DNA of 64,000 nt, taken from positions 18,252,654-18,316,653 of the forward strand of contig NC_068996.1 in assembly GCF_001194135.2 (NCBI RefSeq). The letters are read 5' to 3'. This DNA is from Octopus bimaculoides. Lineage: Eukaryota. Positions 59,760 to 64,000 of the stretch are shown one piece after another; position 1 is the stretch's first letter; each line of letters starts with the position of its first letter. Below the pieces are notes generated by a model. The model made no database searches. It saw nothing but the letters and a program-made list of their open reading frames with translations, and had not been told where the DNA came from. The translations under genes were made by a program, and so were the position numbers.

Positions 59760-62665
59760 AAGCACCAACAAGAACCAACCATCAATCCAGAAATTGCAGA
59801 AATACGACAACTGATTTCTGATTTAAGCATAGAAATAAGACATTAAATCAAAAATCCGTATAGAACCGCACAATGAAGGATCAAATCGGAATGACTTACT
59901 TAGAAATTTGACCACAGCTCTTGCCGAATGTAAGCGCATTGAGAAAGCTAGAGAATCTGCCGCATACCACGCAATTGCCATTGGCGTATCTGAAGAAATA
60001 ACTGATCTTCAGGCATTTGCCGGCAACTCGTTCAAGGACTTACAATGCATTCCTCCAAAACATCTTCTCTGCTTTGGACGACCAGGCTCCAAACCCAGAC
60101 TAATCAGATTGACATTCTCAAGCCCTAATGAGGCACGTGCATCCCATTTAGCCTATGTAAAGGCCAGGAGTGAAAATCAAATTACCTTTCGAATACGTCC
60201 TGATGTACGTTCAAAGCTGGAGGCGCAATGGCCCAGTGGTTAGGGCAGCAGACTCGCGGTCATAGAATCGCGGTTTCGATTCCCAAATCGGGCGTTGTGA
60301 GTGTTTATTGAGCGAAAACACTAAAAGCTCCACGAGGCTCCGGCAGCGGATAGTGGCGAACCCTGCTGTACTCTTCCACCACAACTTTCTCTCATTCTTA
60401 CTTCCTGTTTCTGTTGTGCCTGTAATTCAATGGGTCAGCCTTGTCACACTGTGTCACGCTGAATATCCCCGAGAACTACGTTAAGGATACACGTGTCTGT
60501 GGAGTGTTCAGCCACTTGCACGTTAATTTCACGAGCAGGCTGTTCCGTTGATCGGATCAACTGGAACCCTCGACGTCGTAAGCGACGGAGTGCCAACAAC
60601 ATAACGTTCAAAGTTACGCTCTGTAGCTTTCTGAATCGTGATTTAGTACCAAACGCGTGTTTTAGCCAACGCGATGATGGACATATACAGAAATTCGTTA
60701 AGACTGGTGAGACGTAGAAAAGACCAACTGATCTGTGAATAATGACCACACAATAGGCTGCAATAAAAAGGCTCCGGGAAACTAGACAAGAACACTCCAC
60801 CATCCCCTATATATCATGATGATAGGCTTAAATCCCAATTCAAGTTACTGTCCTTAAATGCCCGAGGTTTATGAGTATGCAACAAAATCCACCTTCTTGA
60901 CTTTTACATCAAAAGTATCGATCCCGATTTCATCACAATCACAGAATCATGGGCATACTCTTTACTTTGTGATGGTGTTTTTAACATGGCTAGTTACAAC
61001 TTGTTTTGCAAAGATCGCATTAACTGTAGATGGGGTAGTGTGATGGTCTACATTCAGTTCAACTTTTCAGCAATTTCTTGTGATGATTTGAACTAATTAC
61101 AAGAAGTATTTTTATGTGATATACGCATAAACATATCAACACTGCTACTTGGAGTTGTCTATCGACCACCAAGTTACCGTCAGGACACACAGTTTTTTGA
61201 CTTCCTCAGAGCTGCATCTAAGAAAACAATCACATGTTTTCATTGCTGCTGTCTTCAACGACCCTGAGATTGATTGGAAAACTTTTCGTTGACCGCAAAG
61301 TGCAGATGATTTCCTTGATGTTGTGTTGGATTCAAGCTGGTCCCAAGTAGGCACCTCCTCCATTTTGGATCTGCTCTTTACCACTATTCTTGAAACGGTT
61401 ATCAGGTTCACAACCAAGGAACTTTTAGACAACTCTGATCATGCTATGATCATTGCCAATCTGTCTCTTATGGGTAGGAACAAGAACCACCACCACCACC
61501 ATCAAACTTCTCGTTTTGACTGGAACAAAGCAGACGGGAACTGTTACCGCGCTGAGTTACAACACCCAAACTGGTTTGAATTTTACGATACCGGAGATGT
61601 CATGCTGCACTTCAGAACATCCTCAATTAAATCTGAGCTACATGTGAAACATCAGTACCACGCAAATTCTTTAAAAATCCCCAGAGTGCAACTTGTCCAA
61701 GAAAGGAATTCCTTTTGTTTGGTGCGTGACACAGACACCAACTTGAAGAATGTTACGATGTTGAAATATGCAGATGACATCAAGCTGTACCTTGAGATAG
61801 AAAGAACAGATCCTATACGCTATAGATCTTTCCTGCAATCAGACCTGGATAAAATGTAACAATGGATTACCGACAGGTAACTTAAACTAGTTGTGAACAG
61901 GTGCGTCACCAAAAGGAAAAACCCAGCTTTTACATACTCTCTCAACAAAACCAATCTTAAGAATTCTATTCGTCAACGTGATCTGGGTATTATTGTCAAC
62001 AGTAATGTGTGTTGGATGAACCACATCTCTAAAATTGTCAAGAAGGCTGCCGGTGTTTTAGCACCACTCAGGATTACCTTTGTCAGTCGCTCTCAAGCTC
62101 TCCGTTTAAAGCTGTATATGACTATGGTATGTCCACGCTTAGAGTTTCCATCATCAGTCTGGAACCCCTATCTTGCTCAACAAATCAATCTCTGGAAACT
62201 TGCAACAAGGCGAATACCAACAGTCAGGCATCTATCATACTCTGAACGTCTTTCTTCCCCGGGTATGGGCACATTGAAGTTCTGACATCTGGCAACTGAC
62301 TTGGTGGACACCCACAAAATTGTCCACCATTTTTCCAACAACAAACTTGGACACCTTTTGGAATTCCACATGTCTAACACCCGTGTGCATGCTTACAAAA
62401 TTAAAAAACAACAACACAACATCCATGACTTTCGGAAACATTTTTTTCAGTCAGAATTACTGAAGAATGGCATAAACTACCTGCTTCAAGTTGTTAGCTG
62501 TCGGGATACTACATCCTTCAAAACTTCCATGCTTCCTGAAATGCGTCAACAGTACACGATTTTTTTTTCCTTAAGACTTATTCGCTGTTCACTTCTTGTG
62601 CATATTCTATGTACTGTTCATGCAGTTTTGGTTACTTTTTCCAATGAGCTGTAGTACGCCTGAGC
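59760..62665 (+). mobile_element. Degenerate CR1-clade LINE (ORF1 end, APE, internally deleted RT, 3' UTR)
   Basis: GRPGSKPRLIRLTF (ORF1); LLSLNARGL, LLGVVYRPP, FNDPEIDW, LDLLFT, SDH (EN); LKYADDIKLY, RDLGIIV, LKLYMTMV.PRLEF.SSVWNPY (RT). Confidence 0.9.
60219..60603 (+). mobile_element. tRNA-derived SINE family 1 nested in the CR1 element
   Basis: 12-bp TSD acgttcaaagct / acgttcaaagtt at 60207-60218 and 60604-60615. Confidence 0.92.
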
Positions 62666-62666
62666 A

Positions 62667-63036
62667 CTCTTTTACTTGTTTCAGTCATTTGACTGCGGTC
62701 ATGCTGGAGCACCGCCTTTAGTCGAGCAAATCGACTCCAGGACTTATTCTTTGTAACCTACTTATTCTATCGGTCTCTTTTTTCCGAACCGCTAAGTTAC
62801 GGGGACGTAAACACACCAGCATCAGTTGTCAAGCAATGTTGGAGGGGACAAAAACACACACACACACACATATACGACGCGCTTCTTTCAGTTTCCGTCT
62901 ACGAAATCCACTCCCAAGGCTTTGGTCGGCCCGAGGCTATAGTAGAAGACACTTGCCCAAGGTGCCACGTGGTGGGACTGAACCCGGAGCCATGTGGTTG
63001 GTAAGTAAGCTACTTACCACACAGCCACTCCTACGC
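62667..63036 (-). mobile_element. tRNA-derived SINE family 2
   Basis: Reverse complement of 58710-59121. Confidence 0.9.
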
Positions 63037-64000
63037 ACTATATACAATAAGTCTATTATATTATATAAAAGTTAGAGGACACTTTACCAAGCATTTATAA
63101 AAGAAAGTCCTAAATATGGTCGTTCTTCGTACTAAACACAACAGCCAAATGCTCTCAAATTTGAGTCATTTCTTTAAATGAAAGAGGGAGGCCAATTTTC
63201 CGTTAGACATGCTATTCAGAAAGTCATGGGACTGTATGTTGCTCATGTCTACCTTATGTGACCATCCTTCATACTAGAAACATGATCATTCTTCATACTA
63301 GAAACAACAGCCAAATACCCTTGGATGTTGTAATTACAGGACACAGCACCCATTACTTGTCTCTAATCATCACTCACTCTCCCATACCTTCTTGCAGCGT
63401 CCCCTGTACTTCCCTTCTCTTGTCCCTTTTAACTCCTACCCACCTTGTATCTTGAGGGTCTACCCTAGCACCTCACGAATCTTATTTTTGTCTCTTTCTA
63501 GCTCCACCCTGATCATTTCCACCTCTACTATAATGTGAACAGTCATTTGTCCTTTCCACAAAAAGAAACCTGTTCTGTTCTGGCTCCTTGCCTTATACTT
63601 TAACCCTTCACCCTATTATTTAAAGCAACTTCCCTTTTCACTCTAGTACCACGCAATCAAAGAAGATCTTGGTGTTGCATGCTGCATGGTGACCTCATTA
63701 GAGCCCGGGCACCTAAAAATTACTCAGCACATGATATAAAGTTCTTAAAAAAGAACATTCAACCATAGAAGCTATGTCAAAGCAAACATTGAAGCACGAT
63801 GCATAATTCAGACCATTTGGATCTCGTGTAACCAAACAACCCTAACCCTCAGTCTAACCTTACACACTCTCCTACAATGTGAGTAGCCATATGGCCCGTC
63901 TACAGCAGGGTACCTTTTCTGCTTTGTTCTCTAATCTAACATCTTTTAGCGTAGAGCCCCGCCTCCGGTGCTTGAATTCATGCAAGCTACATAGCAACTT

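Larger units (their letters stand above)
55395..63330 (+). repeat. Degenerate ~105-110-bp AT-rich tandem satellite, interrupted by LINE/SINE insertions
   Basis: Recurring unit CATGCTAGAAATAAGAGCCAAGTGTCCTCAAATTTGCG..TTCATATAAAAATTGAAGGACAC..AAGCATTTATAA..CATATGTGACC in blocks 55395-55965, 57940-58709, 59121-59530 and ~63060-63330. Confidence 0.75.

Overview
This is repeat-rich animal genomic DNA with many N gaps. The SINE families and microsatellite density point to a coleoid cephalopod, most likely Octopus; that assignment is inference. The only securely recognisable host gene is the 3' part of THOC6 (THO complex subunit 6, WD40) on the + strand: seven GT-AG exons from 2808 to 16340 that join in frame to give 217 aa. 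Its 5' exons are not visible in the window. The rest is mostly decayed mobile DNA: an internally deleted Ty3/Gypsy element, RTE, CR1, Tx1/L1, CRE-like and several R4/Dong-type LINE relics, a full-length dead mariner, hAT-, MULE-, Helentron- and foldback-type non-autonomous elements, at least four SINE-like families, microsatellites and a degenerate ~107-bp satellite. The most notable observations are three hammerhead-ribozyme motifs: one with an intact core at 37150-37219 (- strand), one apparently inactivated by CpG decay in a THOC6 intron, and one insertion variant. Also notable are R4/Dong fragments bounded by (TAA)n tracts and a speculative small spliced gene at 48.9-52.8 kb (- strand). 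I found no secure evidence for a wholly new biological system. Almost all long ORFs in the supplied track are microsatellite, gap or TE artefacts.
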